A stretch of 53,844 nt of DNA from PVC group bacterium (lineage in GTDB: Bacteria > Verrucomicrobiota > Kiritimatiellia > PWTM01). Both the position numbers and the translations under genes were made by a program. The notes under the pieces were generated by a model. It did no database searches. It was not told the origin of the DNA and saw only the letters and a program-made list of their open reading frames with translations. The stretch covers positions 1-53,844 of the forward strand of contig PWTM01000251.1 of NCBI GenBank assembly GCA_003563855.1. The letters run 5' to 3'. This document shows, piece by piece, positions 19,926 to 28,339 of the stretch; within the stretch, counting starts at the first letter, position 1; each line of letters begins with the position of its first letter.

Positions 19926-20822
19926 ATGGCGGAGCACGGACTCGAGCTGCTGACGTGGACCTGGCCGCGACGTTCCTCGGACTACTGCCTCGTCGTCGAG
20001 CGCCCCAGGGGGGCGTGCCTTGCCGGCTGGTACGGCGTCGCCGACATGATCGGCCGGCCGGTCCGCCGCTACGGCTGGCGCGGCTACGTGCGCGCGATCG
20101 AACGACGGCTGCGCCGACGATTGCGCACCGCGGACCCGGCTACGGAGGCCGAGCACCAAGCCCTGTTGCGCGACGAGCTCGTGCGCCACGACGCCTACCT
20201 GCACGACATCCGCTCCCGGCATGACGACTCGGCCTTCGGTTTCTGCGTCTGCTTCGCCGCCGTGTACGGGCACGCCTGCCGGGTCTACAATCTCGGCGAT
20301 GCCCGGGCCTGGCGCCTGCGCCGGCAGGCGACGCCCGGCCGGAGGACGCCGGCCTTCGCGGCGCATGCGCTCACGCGCGACCACAACGGCGTCGACCAGC
20401 GACTCCGCGAGACCGGGAGTCCGACGGCCTTCTTCGGCAGCGAGCTGCTCGATCTGAGCCGGAAGCTGACCTGCTTTCTCGGGATCGGAGAGGCGGAAGC
20501 GGTCCACGCGGCGATCGACGAGTCGGGCGAAACCTTCACGCTCGAACCGAACGAATGCCTGCTGCTCGCCACGGACGGATTCTTCATGCCCATGATCCGC
20601 GAAGCGCTCGGCCTGAGCGAAGGCCTGACGCTGCAAAGCTTCTACCTCGAGGACTGGCTGGCCCAACTGCTGGCCCGCGAGGCGGACAATCTCAAGACCA
20701 CGCGGCCCTCCTGGTCGGACCTGGTTGGCGGACTCGTGGCCGAGGCCCGCGCCGGCGCCGCTCGCCATCCCGCCTACCGCGACGATATCGCCCTGCTCGC
20801 CCTGTACCGGGCGGGCGACTGA
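19926..20822 (+). CDS. PP2C-family phosphatase-like protein (divergent)
   Basis: 298 aa. Motifs appear in PP2C order: YGVADMIG (degenerate DGMGG), VYNLGDARAW, LTRDHN, LLLATDGFF, DDIALLAL. Confidence 0.65.
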   Translation: MAEHGLELLTWTWPRRSSDYCLVVERPRGACLAGWYGVADMIGRPVRRYGWRGYVRAIERRLRRRLRTADPATEAEHQALLRDELVRHDAYLHDIRSRHDDSAFGFCVCFAAVYGHACRVYNLGDARAWRLRRQATPGRRTPAFAAHALTRDHNGVDQRLRETGSPTAFFGSELLDLSRKLTCFLGIGEAEAVHAAIDESGETFTLEPNECLLLATDGFFMPMIREALGLSEGLTLQSFYLEDWLAQLLAREADNLKTTRPSWSDLVGGLVAEARAGAARHPAYRDDIALLALYRAGD

Positions 20823-20835
20823 ACCGGGAGCCGCC

Positions 20836-23139
20836 ATGGGCCGCGTCGAAGTTTCCGAGGGGTTGATCCGGTTCCTGGCCGGGCGGATGCGGGAGCGGGA
20901 CCTGCACGCCAGGCGCAGGCCGCTCCGGCACGAGGTAGGCGACCGGCTGCGCCTGGAGATCGAAGGCGTCTTTCCGCCCGTGCGCGGCACGGCCGAACTC
21001 GAGCTCGAGCGGTTTCTCGGCGGCGGTTTCGCCGGCCAGGTCTATCGCGCGCGGCTGCTTCGGCTCGAGCTCCCGGACGGAGCGTCGGTGCCCGGACTGC
21101 GCGAGGGCGACCGCTACGCGGTCAAGATCCTCGTCCCGCCCGGCCGCGGCGCGCGGCGCTTCCGCGATGCGCTCTTCTGGCTCGCCTTCCAGGGGCCGTT
21201 CAGCGCCCAGGTCAGCCGCGAGGCCTGTCGCAGCGGGCTGCTCTGGCAGCGCCTCTTCCGGCAGGTGGCCGCCCGTCGCTTCGGCCGGGATACGGCGGTC
21301 AAAGAGGTCTATGCCGCGTTCCACGATCCGGTCGTGGGCGCATGGGGCGAGATCACCGAATGGGTCGAAGGCCGGACCTGGCGGCTGGAATCCGATGCCG
21401 GGCTGCGCGGCCGCCGGCGCTGGCGGTCCACGGCGCCGGAAATGACCGGCAGCCCCGAGTACCTCGCCAAGCGCCGGTTCATGGATGCGCTGGTCCGGCT
21501 GATGCGCGAGATGGGGGCGCCGGAGTTCGCCCGCCAGTACACCTGGTGGACGATGAAGAGCCAGCCGAACGTGCTGAAGCGGACCGACGTCGACGAGCCC
21601 GGCCCCGGCGGCGGACTCTGCGCCATCGACTTCCGCGCCGGCCTCGCCCTGCTGCCCTTCCTGCCCATGAGCCCGGCGGACGTCGCGCTCGTGCTCGAGG
21701 GGCTCTTCCGGCGCCGGACCCTCGCGCAGTTCGACCGCTGCGACTTCGGCCGGCTGCGCGCCTTTCTCGCCGGCGATCCCGCATGGGCCGACCTGGCGCC
21801 CCTGGCGGACGCTTTCGAAGCGGCAGATCGCGCCTACCGCCGCTCGCTGCTCGACATCACGCATCACGGATTCCGGCTGGCGACCGACGCCGCGCTGCGG
21901 CGTGACGTGCGCGACGGCCTGATCGAGGGGTACCGGGCGAACGACCTTGTGGACGCCGATTTCGCCGGGCGCCTGCGCGACTCGCCGCTGCGCTTCGGCC
22001 TGTTCCGCGTCCTGGGCGCGGTCCCGCTCCTGGGCCGCCCGCTGCGCCGGTTCTGGGGCCACCGCGACTGGCGGCGGCACGTCGTCGCGCAATTCCGCTC
22101 GGTCCGCTACCTCCGCCTCGCCCTGCAGGCGCGCGCGGCGGCGGGCCTGGTGGAAGGGCTGCGCGCCGGGCGGATCGGCGAGAAGCGCGCGCGGGCGCTG
22201 GCCGACCGGCCCGTCCGGTTCCTCCTCGAGTGGCACACGCTCGGCCGCCTCCCCGCGGTCGGGGTGCACCGGGCGCTGGCCGAACCGGCCTGGGCGCTCG
22301 GGCGGATCGCGGACTTCTTCCGGTTCCTCCGGGACTTCCTCGTCTCCGCCGCCTTCCGCGAGGAATGGTTCCTCGACGAAATCGCCGCGGGCGTCGAGGG
22401 CGGGATGCTGACCGAACTCGAGGCCGACGAGATCCGCGGCCGGGTGCGCGATCCGTTCATCGTGAAGTACCTCAAGTGCCTCGGCGTGCACTTTGCGACG
22501 CTGCCGCTCACGCAGGTCGTCAGCCTGCTCGTCGGCGCGGCCGTGGCCGGTTGGCTCCTTGCCCGCGGCCGGGGCTGGGGCGAGGCGACCGTCGCCTTCG
22601 GGGCCGTGATGCTCTTCTTCCAGGTCTTCCCTGTCTCGCCCGGCTCGCTCGCGCGCGGCTTCTTCGTGGTCGGCCTGATGATCCGCGAGCGGAACCTGCG
22701 CGACTACGCCGTGGCCGCGCCGCTCTCGTTCGTGAAGTACATCGGCTACCTGGCGTTTCCCCTGCAGATGACGGCGACCTATCCGCGGCTCGCCCGGTTC
22801 ATGGCCGCGCGCTGGGCGACCCGCGCCGTGCATATCGTGCCGGTCTTCGGCGAGAAAGGCGCGCTGCTCGAACACGCCGTCTTCGACCTCTTCTTCAACG
22901 TCCCGCAGAAGATCGGGCGCTGGTTCCGGCCGCGGGCCGGCGCACTCCTGACCGCCTGGATGGTTCTCGGCGTGGCGCTCGGCGCGGCGCTCTCCCGGGG
23001 CTGCGCCGCCGGCGACGACCCGCCCAAGGACCTGCTGAACCTCTGGATCGCCGTCGTCGCGCTCTTCGTCCTGCCCCGCGCGCTCTTCCTCCCGCTGCTC
23101 CGTCGCCCGCGCGCGCCGACCGGCGCGCGCGAGAGCTGA
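20836..23139 (+). CDS. Membrane-anchored protein-kinase-like (ABC1/UbiB- or atypical-kinase-like) protein
   Basis: 767 aa from MGRVEVSEG, 14 nt after the PP2C stop. Gly-loop LGGGFAGQVY, YAVKIL lysine, SQPNVL and AIDF segments. Long helical middle region and ~6 C-terminal TM helices. Confidence 0.7.
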   Translation: MGRVEVSEGLIRFLAGRMRERDLHARRRPLRHEVGDRLRLEIEGVFPPVRGTAELELERFLGGGFAGQVYRARLLRLELPDGASVPGLREGDRYAVKILVPPGRGARRFRDALFWLAFQGPFSAQVSREACRSGLLWQRLFRQVAARRFGRDTAVKEVYAAFHDPVVGAWGEITEWVEGRTWRLESDAGLRGRRRWRSTAPEMTGSPEYLAKRRFMDALVRLMREMGAPEFARQYTWWTMKSQPNVLKRTDVDEPGPGGGLCAIDFRAGLALLPFLPMSPADVALVLEGLFRRRTLAQFDRCDFGRLRAFLAGDPAWADLAPLADAFEAADRAYRRSLLDITHHGFRLATDAALRRDVRDGLIEGYRANDLVDADFAGRLRDSPLRFGLFRVLGAVPLLGRPLRRFWGHRDWRRHVVAQFRSVRYLRLALQARAAAGLVEGLRAGRIGEKRARALADRPVRFLLEWHTLGRLPAVGVHRALAEPAWALGRIADFFRFLRDFLVSAAFREEWFLDEIAAGVEGGMLTELEADEIRGRVRDPFIVKYLKCLGVHFATLPLTQVVSLLVGAAVAGWLLARGRGWGEATVAFGAVMLFFQVFPVSPGSLARGFFVVGLMIRERNLRDYAVAAPLSFVKYIGYLAFPLQMTATYPRLARFMAARWATRAVHIVPVFGEKGALLEHAVFDLFFNVPQKIGRWFRPRAGALLTAWMVLGVALGAALSRGCAAGDDPPKDLLNLWIAVVALFVLPRALFLPLLRRPRAPTGARES

Positions 23140-23168
23140 GCGCCCGTCAGCTCACGAGCGGCTGACGC

Positions 23169-23324
23169 GAGCGGACGCCCTTCCCGCGCCGCAGGCGCCT
23201 TGGAGTGCGGCGACACGTCGCCGCTTTATTCCGCCGCGTCGCGACGCGGCGGGGGACGAAAGCGGCCTCGCGAGGCCGCAGTCCAAAAGCGCCGCTGCGC
23301 GGCGCGGGACCGGCGCGAGCCGCG
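23169..23324 (+). repeat. Family R1 multi-hairpin repeat (copy 2)
   Basis: See 2-235. Includes the palindrome GCGGCGACACGTCGCCGC. Confidence 0.7.
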
Positions 23325-23413
23325 ATGCCCGGCCCGTCGCGCGGGAGAGTGCCCCCCGCCGGAGCTTCCGTTCAACGTTCGACGCTCGCTCCCTCCAACC
23401 GCCCCGTTCCCAC

Positions 23414-23459
23414 CCCATTCTGCGTATTCTGCGTATTCTGTGGTTCCTCCTCCGCCCTC
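23414..23459 (+). repeat. 46-nt repeat CCCATTCTGCGTATTCTGCGTATTCTGTGGTTCCTCCTCCGCCCTC (family R5)
   Basis: Identical 46/46 to 45707-45752. Contains (TTCTGCGTA)x2. Confidence 0.9.
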
Positions 23460-23487
23460 GCCCTCCGGGCTACGGCGGACAGGCTAC

Positions 23488-23543
23488 GCCGACGACTACG
23501 GTTCACGACAGGAGGTCTTCAATCGTCCACCGTAGTCGTCGCC
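23488..23543. repeat. Hairpin GCCGACGACTACGG ... CCGTAGTCGTCGCC (family H)
   Basis: 13/14 complementary arms. The flank AATCGTCCACCG is shared with 7485-7496. Confidence 0.7.
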
Positions 23544-23611
23544 GTCGTCGTCGACCGGAGAGACCCAGGGGCGGAAACCGGCAAAGACCCACACTCGCGG
23601 CCACGGCCCGG

Positions 23612-24436
23612 TCACGGCGAGGGATGGTCCCCCGTCTTTCGGGGAGCGGCGCGGAAGATGGCGCGGTCGAGCAGGCCGTAGGCGTCGAAGCTGCGGCGGA
23701 CGGTCAGGGCGATGGCGAGGAAGACGGTGATCGCGGTCCCGGCGAAGATTGCGATCATGATCGCAATCTGGTACTTGATCGCCGTCATCGGGTCACCGCC
23801 GCCAAGGATGACGCCGGTCATCATGCCCGGCAACGCAACCAGCCCAATCGTCGCCATCGTCGCGACCGTCGGCCGCAGCGCCGCCTCGATCGCCTCGCGG
23901 AACCAGGGCCGCAGCGCCTCGCCCAGCCGCGCGCCCTGGGCCAGCGCGAGGTGGTGGGACTTCTCGGCGCGCGCGATGGACTCGTAGAACTGGCGCAGCC
24001 CGATGATGTCCGCGCGCAGGCAGTTGCCCAGGATCATCCCGCCGATCGGGATGACGTACTGGGCGTCCAGGATGCCGGGCCGGCGGAGGATCGGGCCGAC
24101 GAAGACCAGCACGGGGAGCGCCGTGCCGGCCAGCAGCGCGAGGAAGAGCGGGAGCGCGAAGCGGCGCGGCGCCAGGCGGCAGCCGCGCACGATCGAACCG
24201 TCGGCGACCAGCACCATCACGGTGAGCCAGGCAAGGTTCAGCAGGGGCCGGTTCAGCCGGAAGACGACTTGCAGGTAGAAGCCGACGAAGAGCAACTGCA
24301 CGGTCATCCGGACCACGGCGATCCCGCTCTCGCGGAGGATCGGCACACGCAGGAAGAGCAGGATCGCGAGCGGTGCGATCAGCAGCAGGTAGGCCGCGGC
24401 CATGCTCCCGAGCCCGAGATCGACGATGCCGTCCAT
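23612..24436 (-). CDS. fetB: FetB/YbbM-type (UPF0014) ABC exporter permease
   Basis: 274 aa, polytopic. Family-typical LRPTVATMATIGLVALPGMMTG..ILGG motif. Lies 3 nt downstream of the cognate ATPase gene. Confidence 0.85.
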   Translation of the reverse strand: MDGIVDLGLGSMAAAYLLLIAPLAILLFLRVPILRESGIAVVRMTVQLLFVGFYLQVVFRLNRPLLNLAWLTVMVLVADGSIVRGCRLAPRRFALPLFLALLAGTALPVLVFVGPILRRPGILDAQYVIPIGGMILGNCLRADIIGLRQFYESIARAEKSHHLALAQGARLGEALRPWFREAIEAALRPTVATMATIGLVALPGMMTGVILGGGDPMTAIKYQIAIMIAIFAGTAITVFLAIALTVRRSFDAYGLLDRAIFRAAPRKTGDHPSP

Positions 24437-24439
24437 GCG

Positions 24440-25078
24440 CTACCCCCTCCCCCCCGGCACCGTCACGACCCGACTCGCGAAGCGGCCCCAGGTTTCGTCG
24501 TGCGCAACGGCGAGCACGGTCGTCGACGCGTCGGCCGCAAACCCGTCCGTCACGCGTTTCCGGTTGTCCGCGTCGAGCGCGGAGGAGGCCTCGTCGAGCA
24601 GGACGATCGAGCGGTCGAGCAGGAGGGCCACGATGATCGCGAACCGTTGCTTCTCGCCGCCCGAGAGTGCGCTCGTCTCCTTCGCGAGCAGATCGGGCGC
24701 GAGGTGGAAGCGCTCGAGCAGCGCGGGCAGGCGGTCGAGGTTACCGCGCAGCGCGGCGTTCGCCCGGTAGCCGAACGGGCGCCGGACGGCCTCGCCGGCC
24801 GTACCGGGACCGAGATCCGGCTCCTGGGCGACGTAGGCCATGCGGCGCCGCAAGGCCCAGACGCTGCGCCCGTCCATCGGCTCGCCGAAGACGCGGACGC
24901 CGCCTTCGTCGGGCACCGCCAGGCCCATCGCGCACCGGAGCACGGTGCTCTTGCCGGTGCCCGAGGGGCCGGTCAGCACGACCTTCTCGCCCGGGTCCAG
25001 GCGCAGCGAGAAGCCGCGCAGGACCCAACGGCCGTCGAACCGGACGCCCAGCCCCTCGAGCTCAAGCGCCGCGCTCAC
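24440..25078 (-). CDS. fetA: FetA/YbbL-type ABC transporter ATP-binding protein
   Basis: 212 aa, GTG start. Walker A GPSGTGKST, signature LSGGEKQR, Walker B LLDEASSALD. Confidence 0.9.
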   Translation of the reverse strand: MSAALELEGLGVRFDGRWVLRGFSLRLDPGEKVVLTGPSGTGKSTVLRCAMGLAVPDEGGVRVFGEPMDGRSVWALRRRMAYVAQEPDLGPGTAGEAVRRPFGYRANAALRGNLDRLPALLERFHLAPDLLAKETSALSGGEKQRFAIIVALLLDRSIVLLDEASSALDADNRKRVTDGFAADASTTVLAVAHDETWGRFASRVVTVPGGRG

Positions 25079-25148
25079 CGGCCGGTCCCTTCGCCGCGCA
25101 GCGGGCGGGCGTCCATGTTGCGCAGGATACGGGGTTGCCGCACCGTGC

Positions 25149-26141
25149 TCACCTCCGGCGTAACGGGTAGAGAACCTGGAACGGAACGCGGATCTCTTCG
25201 CGCCCCTCCACGTCGGTCACGATCCGCAGGTGCTGTCCGTCGAGTTCCGCACGGGGGCGCAGGATGTCGACGCGGACCTGGTAGCCGCGGGGCCCGGCCT
25301 CCTCGACGCTTGCGCGGACGCCCTCGGGTGTCTCGACGCCGAGGATGCGGAACGCGGCGATGCGGCCCGGGCGCACGGAAACGAACCGGGTCACCGCGCC
25401 CCGCTCGCCGGCGGCGAGCACCATCTCCGCGGGCGACACGATGATCGGGTCGAGACGCCGGACCGCCAGCGGTACACGGTGTTCGGCGCCGTCGTCGGTG
25501 ACGATCCGCAGCTCCGCGCGCTGTGTCGCGGCGCCATCGAGCGGCGGGACGGTGCGCACCTGCACGCGGTAGTGGCGGTCCGGCGCGACCTCTTCGACGT
25601 TCACCGCGAAACGGGGCGAGTCGGTCCGCGCGTCCACGACGCGGCCGGGCCGGTCCGGCGCGAACGTGACGTCGACCGCGGCCTCGGCGCGGTCTTCGCT
25701 GTCGCCCGCGTCGAGCGTGAGGGCCGGCGGCTCGATGGCGACGGGCGGCGCGATTTCGCCGCGGAAGCCGAGCCGCAGCTCGGGGTTCGCCGGGTCGTCG
25801 GAGAGCACGAGAATCCAGGCCTCGACCGGGCCGCGCAGGCCGCGCAGCGGGAGGGTGGCCTGCAGCTCCGTCGCTTCGCCCGGTGCAAGGCGCCGGGCGC
25901 CGAGCGCCGTCTCGGCGCCGTCGTAGAGCGCGCGCACGTCGACGATCTCCAGCGGCGCCGCGCCGGCGTTGCGGAGCGCGAACGCGTGGCGGATCCGGCC
26001 GGCGCCCGGCGCCCGGCGGCCGAAGTCCAGCACCGGCGCCTCGCAGACGAGGCGCGGCGCTTCGCCCGGCGCGGCCGCCGCCAGCAGGAGCGCGGCGGCG
26101 CAGGGCGCGAGGCGCTCAGGCCAGCTTCGAGAAACGCGCAT
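25149..26141 (-). CDS. Secreted DUF1573-like / Ig-fold repeat protein
   Basis: 330 aa. Signal peptide, then repeated beta-rich ~100-aa modules. The first resembles DUF1573 (VLDFGRR....FALRNAGAAPLEI). Overlaps the rhaB 3' end by 26 nt. Confidence 0.55.
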   Translation of the reverse strand: MRVSRSWPERLAPCAAALLLAAAAPGEAPRLVCEAPVLDFGRRAPGAGRIRHAFALRNAGAAPLEIVDVRALYDGAETALGARRLAPGEATELQATLPLRGLRGPVEAWILVLSDDPANPELRLGFRGEIAPPVAIEPPALTLDAGDSEDRAEAAVDVTFAPDRPGRVVDARTDSPRFAVNVEEVAPDRHYRVQVRTVPPLDGAATQRAELRIVTDDGAEHRVPLAVRRLDPIIVSPAEMVLAAGERGAVTRFVSVRPGRIAAFRILGVETPEGVRASVEEAGPRGYQVRVDILRPRAELDGQHLRIVTDVEGREEIRVPFQVLYPLRRR

Positions 26142-27606
26142 AGGCTTCGGCCCAGGCGGACTCGTCGCGCGGCTCGAAGACGCGGCGCTCGAAGGAGCGC
26201 GCCACGAGCGCGCGGCCCTCGGCGAGCGACCGGATCCGGCGGCGCGCGAGCAGTTGCATGAGGATATTGCCGGCCGCCGTCGCCTCGACAGGGCCGGCGA
26301 CGACCGGCCGGCCGATGGCGTCCGCGGTGAACTGGTTGAGCAGCGCGTTGCGCGACCCGCCGCCGACGATGTGCAGCGTCTCGATGCGTCCGCCGTGAAA
26401 CGCCTCGAGCTGGTCGAAGACGCGGCGGTAGGCGAGGGCGAGGCTTTCGAACACGACCCGCGCGATGTCGCCGCGCTCCCCGGGCGGACGCTGCCCCGTG
26501 CGGCGGCACCAGGCGCGGATGCGCTCGGGCATGCGGCCCGGCGCGAGGAACGCGGAGTCCAACGGATCGATCGCGGCCTGGAACGGCGCGGCCTTCGACG
26601 CCAGGCGGGTGATCCGGTCGTAGGACAGCTCGGTCCCGCCGTCCTCGACCTGCCAGGCGCGGCGGCATTCCTGGAGGATCCAGAGCCCCATGATGTTCTT
26701 CAGCAGCCGGTTGGTCCCGCAGACGCCGCCCTCGTTGGTCATGTTGGAGGCGAGCGTGCGCTGGTCGATGCGCGGGCGGTCCGTCTCGATGCCCATCAGC
26801 GACCAGGTGCCGGAGCTCAGGTAGGCGAACGGCCCGGCGGCGGCATCGGCCGGGACCGCGGCGACGGCGGACGCGGTGTCGTGGGAGCCGGGCGCGACGA
26901 CGGCGCAGCGCGCGAGGCCGGTTTCGTCGGCGACGCCCGGGCGGAGCGCGCCCAGCTTCGTCCCGGCCTCGACGACCTCGGCGAAGAGCCCCGCGGGGAT
27001 GCCCAGCTCGCGCAGCAGGGCGCGGGCCGGCGCCTTCCGCCGCGGATCGAAGCACTGGCTCGTGCTGGCGATCGTCCACTCGTTGCAGCGGCGGCCGGTC
27101 AGCCAGTAGTGAAAGAGGTCGGGCATGAAGAGCAGCGTACGCGCCGCATCCAGCTCGGGCGCGCGGGCCCGGGCCAGCGCGAGAAGCTGGTAGAGCGTGT
27201 TGATCTCCATGAACTGGAGGCCGGTCCGGCGGTAGATGCGTTCGCGGCGGGCCTTCCGGAAGGCCCGCTCGAGCATCCCGGCGGTGCGCCCGTCGCGGTA
27301 GTGAACCGGGTTGGCCAGCAGCGCGCCGCGCCGGTCGAGCAGGCCGAAGTCCACCCCCCAGGTGTCGACGCCGAGGCTGACCACGCGGCGGCCGTGCGCC
27401 CGGGCGGCGCGCGCGAGTCCGGCGGTCATTTCCCGGTAGAGCCGGAGCGCATCCCAATGCAGCGCGTCGGGCAGCGCGACCGGCTCGTTCGGGAACCGGT
27501 GCGCTTCCTCGAGCCGCAGGTGCTTGCCGTCGAAAAGCCCGGCCATCACCCGCCCGCTCTCCGCTCCGAAATCGGCCGCCAGGTACACTTCGCTGCGATC
27601 TGCCAT
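26116..27606 (-). CDS. rhaB: Rhamnulokinase (FGGY family)
   Basis: 496 aa from MADRSEVYLAADFGAESGR. FGGY sugar kinase motifs (DTWGVDFGLL, GSHDTASA, HIVGGGSRN). The 926-aa ORF in the track is an over-extension through repeat DNA. Confidence 0.88.
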   Translation of the reverse strand: MADRSEVYLAADFGAESGRVMAGLFDGKHLRLEEAHRFPNEPVALPDALHWDALRLYREMTAGLARAARAHGRRVVSLGVDTWGVDFGLLDRRGALLANPVHYRDGRTAGMLERAFRKARRERIYRRTGLQFMEINTLYQLLALARARAPELDAARTLLFMPDLFHYWLTGRRCNEWTIASTSQCFDPRRKAPARALLRELGIPAGLFAEVVEAGTKLGALRPGVADETGLARCAVVAPGSHDTASAVAAVPADAAAGPFAYLSSGTWSLMGIETDRPRIDQRTLASNMTNEGGVCGTNRLLKNIMGLWILQECRRAWQVEDGGTELSYDRITRLASKAAPFQAAIDPLDSAFLAPGRMPERIRAWCRRTGQRPPGERGDIARVVFESLALAYRRVFDQLEAFHGGRIETLHIVGGGSRNALLNQFTADAIGRPVVAGPVEATAAGNILMQLLARRRIRSLAEGRALVARSFERRVFEPRDESAWAEAYARFSKLA

Positions 27607-27637
27607 GGTCCCGTCCTCCGTGCTGCGATGCGGAGTC

Positions 27638-27666
27638 AGTCTACCGCACCCGCCCGCCGCCGGGAA
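27638..27666 (-). promoter_or_regulatory. Possible promoter of rhaB: TTCCCG-N17-TAGACT
   Basis: Good -10 and weak -35. A GGAGGA RBS lies 7 nt before the ATG. Confidence 0.35.
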
Positions 27667-27762
27667 GCCTGCCGGGAAGACAGGATCGCGGCGCGGCGGA
27701 GAAGGCGCGCGGTGCGGAAGATGAGGGCGGAACCGCGAATGGACGCGAATGGATGGGGGAAA

Positions 27763-27907
27763 GACAACGATTTCGACAACGATCGCGACAATGATGGGGA
27801 GCCGGGAATCCTTGTCGAGATCATTGTCGAAGAGCGGATGGAGTCGAAGCAGGCGCGAGGGGGGCCGAAGACAACGATTTCGACAATGATCCCGACAACG
27901 ATGGGGA
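27763..27907. repeat. Two (GAC-AAC-GAT-NNN)n arms ending GATGGGGA plus an intervening complementary arm (family H)
   Basis: GACAACGATTTCGACAACGATCGCGACAATGATGGGGA (27763-27800). Left arm CTTGTCGAGATCATTGTCGAAG (27811-27832). GACAACGATTTCGACAATGATCCCGACAACGATGGGGA (27870-27907). Confidence 0.8.
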
Positions 27908-27916
27908 GCGCATCTC

Positions 27917-27989
27917 CTGCTCGTCCTCGTCGTCGTCCTCGTCCTCGATCTCGATCTTCTCCGGGCTCTTCCCGATCGAGGACGAGGAC
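27917..27989. repeat. Hexamer-periodic hairpin (GTCCTC)/(GAGGAC), family H
   Basis: Perfect 16-bp stem: GTCCTCGTCCTCGATC ... GATCGAGGACGAGGAC, with a 23-nt loop. Confidence 0.85.
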
Positions 27990-28070
27990 TGGGCAGGACC
28001 GCGACGGCCGGCGCCGTAGGGGCGGCCCCCCGTGGCCGCCCGAAGGACGGCGGGGGGCGAGGGGCAGGGA

Positions 28071-28303
28071 GACGGCGCAAGCCTCGTAGTCCTAGTCGTA
28101 GTCGCAATCGTAGTCGGGGTGGCGCGGAGGCTGGGGGGGAGGAGTCGAAGACTACGATTGGGACTAGGACTGCGACTACGATGAGGGGACGGCGCAAGCC
28201 TCGTAGTCGCAATCGTAGTCGCAATCCTAGTCGGGATGGCGCGGAGACGGGTAGGGAGAGGCGAGGACTACGATTGGGACTAGGACTGCGACTACGATGG
28301 GGA
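28071..28303. repeat. Tandem duplication (2 x ~117 bp) of a GTAGTC/GACTAC hairpin unit, family H
   Basis: Unit 1 is 28071-28189 and unit 2 is 28188-28303. Each reads GACGGCGCAAGCCT, a CGTAGTC...-type left arm, loop, then GACTACGATTGGGACTAGGACTGCGACTACGATG(A)GGGGA. The array ends 36 nt from the MATE stop. Confidence 0.85.
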
Positions 28304-28339
28304 GGCGTCCGGTCACCGTTAGCGCATCCAGCAACCGGC

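Noticed and set aside
20692-22875. 727-aa minus-strand ORF
   Set aside because: Antisense to the kinase-like gene. Charged, low-complexity (E/R/P/A) composition.
23200-23535. Small ORFs starting MECGD... (also 16194-16637 minus strand, and the MSPHSKA... ORF at 22779-23216 minus strand)
   Set aside because: They are translations of the R1 palindromic repeat in either orientation. No RBS, and the content is dictated by hairpin symmetry.
23624-25444. 606-aa plus-strand ORF
   Set aside because: Antisense to fetB, fetA and the DUF1573-like gene, all of which carry clear ABC or TM motifs.
25601-27457. 618-aa minus-strand ORF, alternative frame of the rhaB / DUF1573-like genes
   Set aside because: Same strand but out of frame with two genes that have family motifs. 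Arg/Pro-rich.
27763-27907. Reading the GAY-NNN arms as DxDxDG calcium-binding repeats of a protein (DNDFDNDRDNDGE, EDEDEDEDG)
   Set aside because: In-frame stop codons occur (GACTAGGAC in the 28150-28189 and 28266-28303 arms). The partner arms are exact complements on the same strand. No start, RBS or consistent frame links the units. The structure is at the nucleic-acid level.
28071-28303. Possible CRISPR array or minisatellite
   Set aside because: Only two ~117-bp units. Each is an internal hairpin rather than repeat-spacer-repeat. There is no unique spacer, no leader, and no cas genes in the window.
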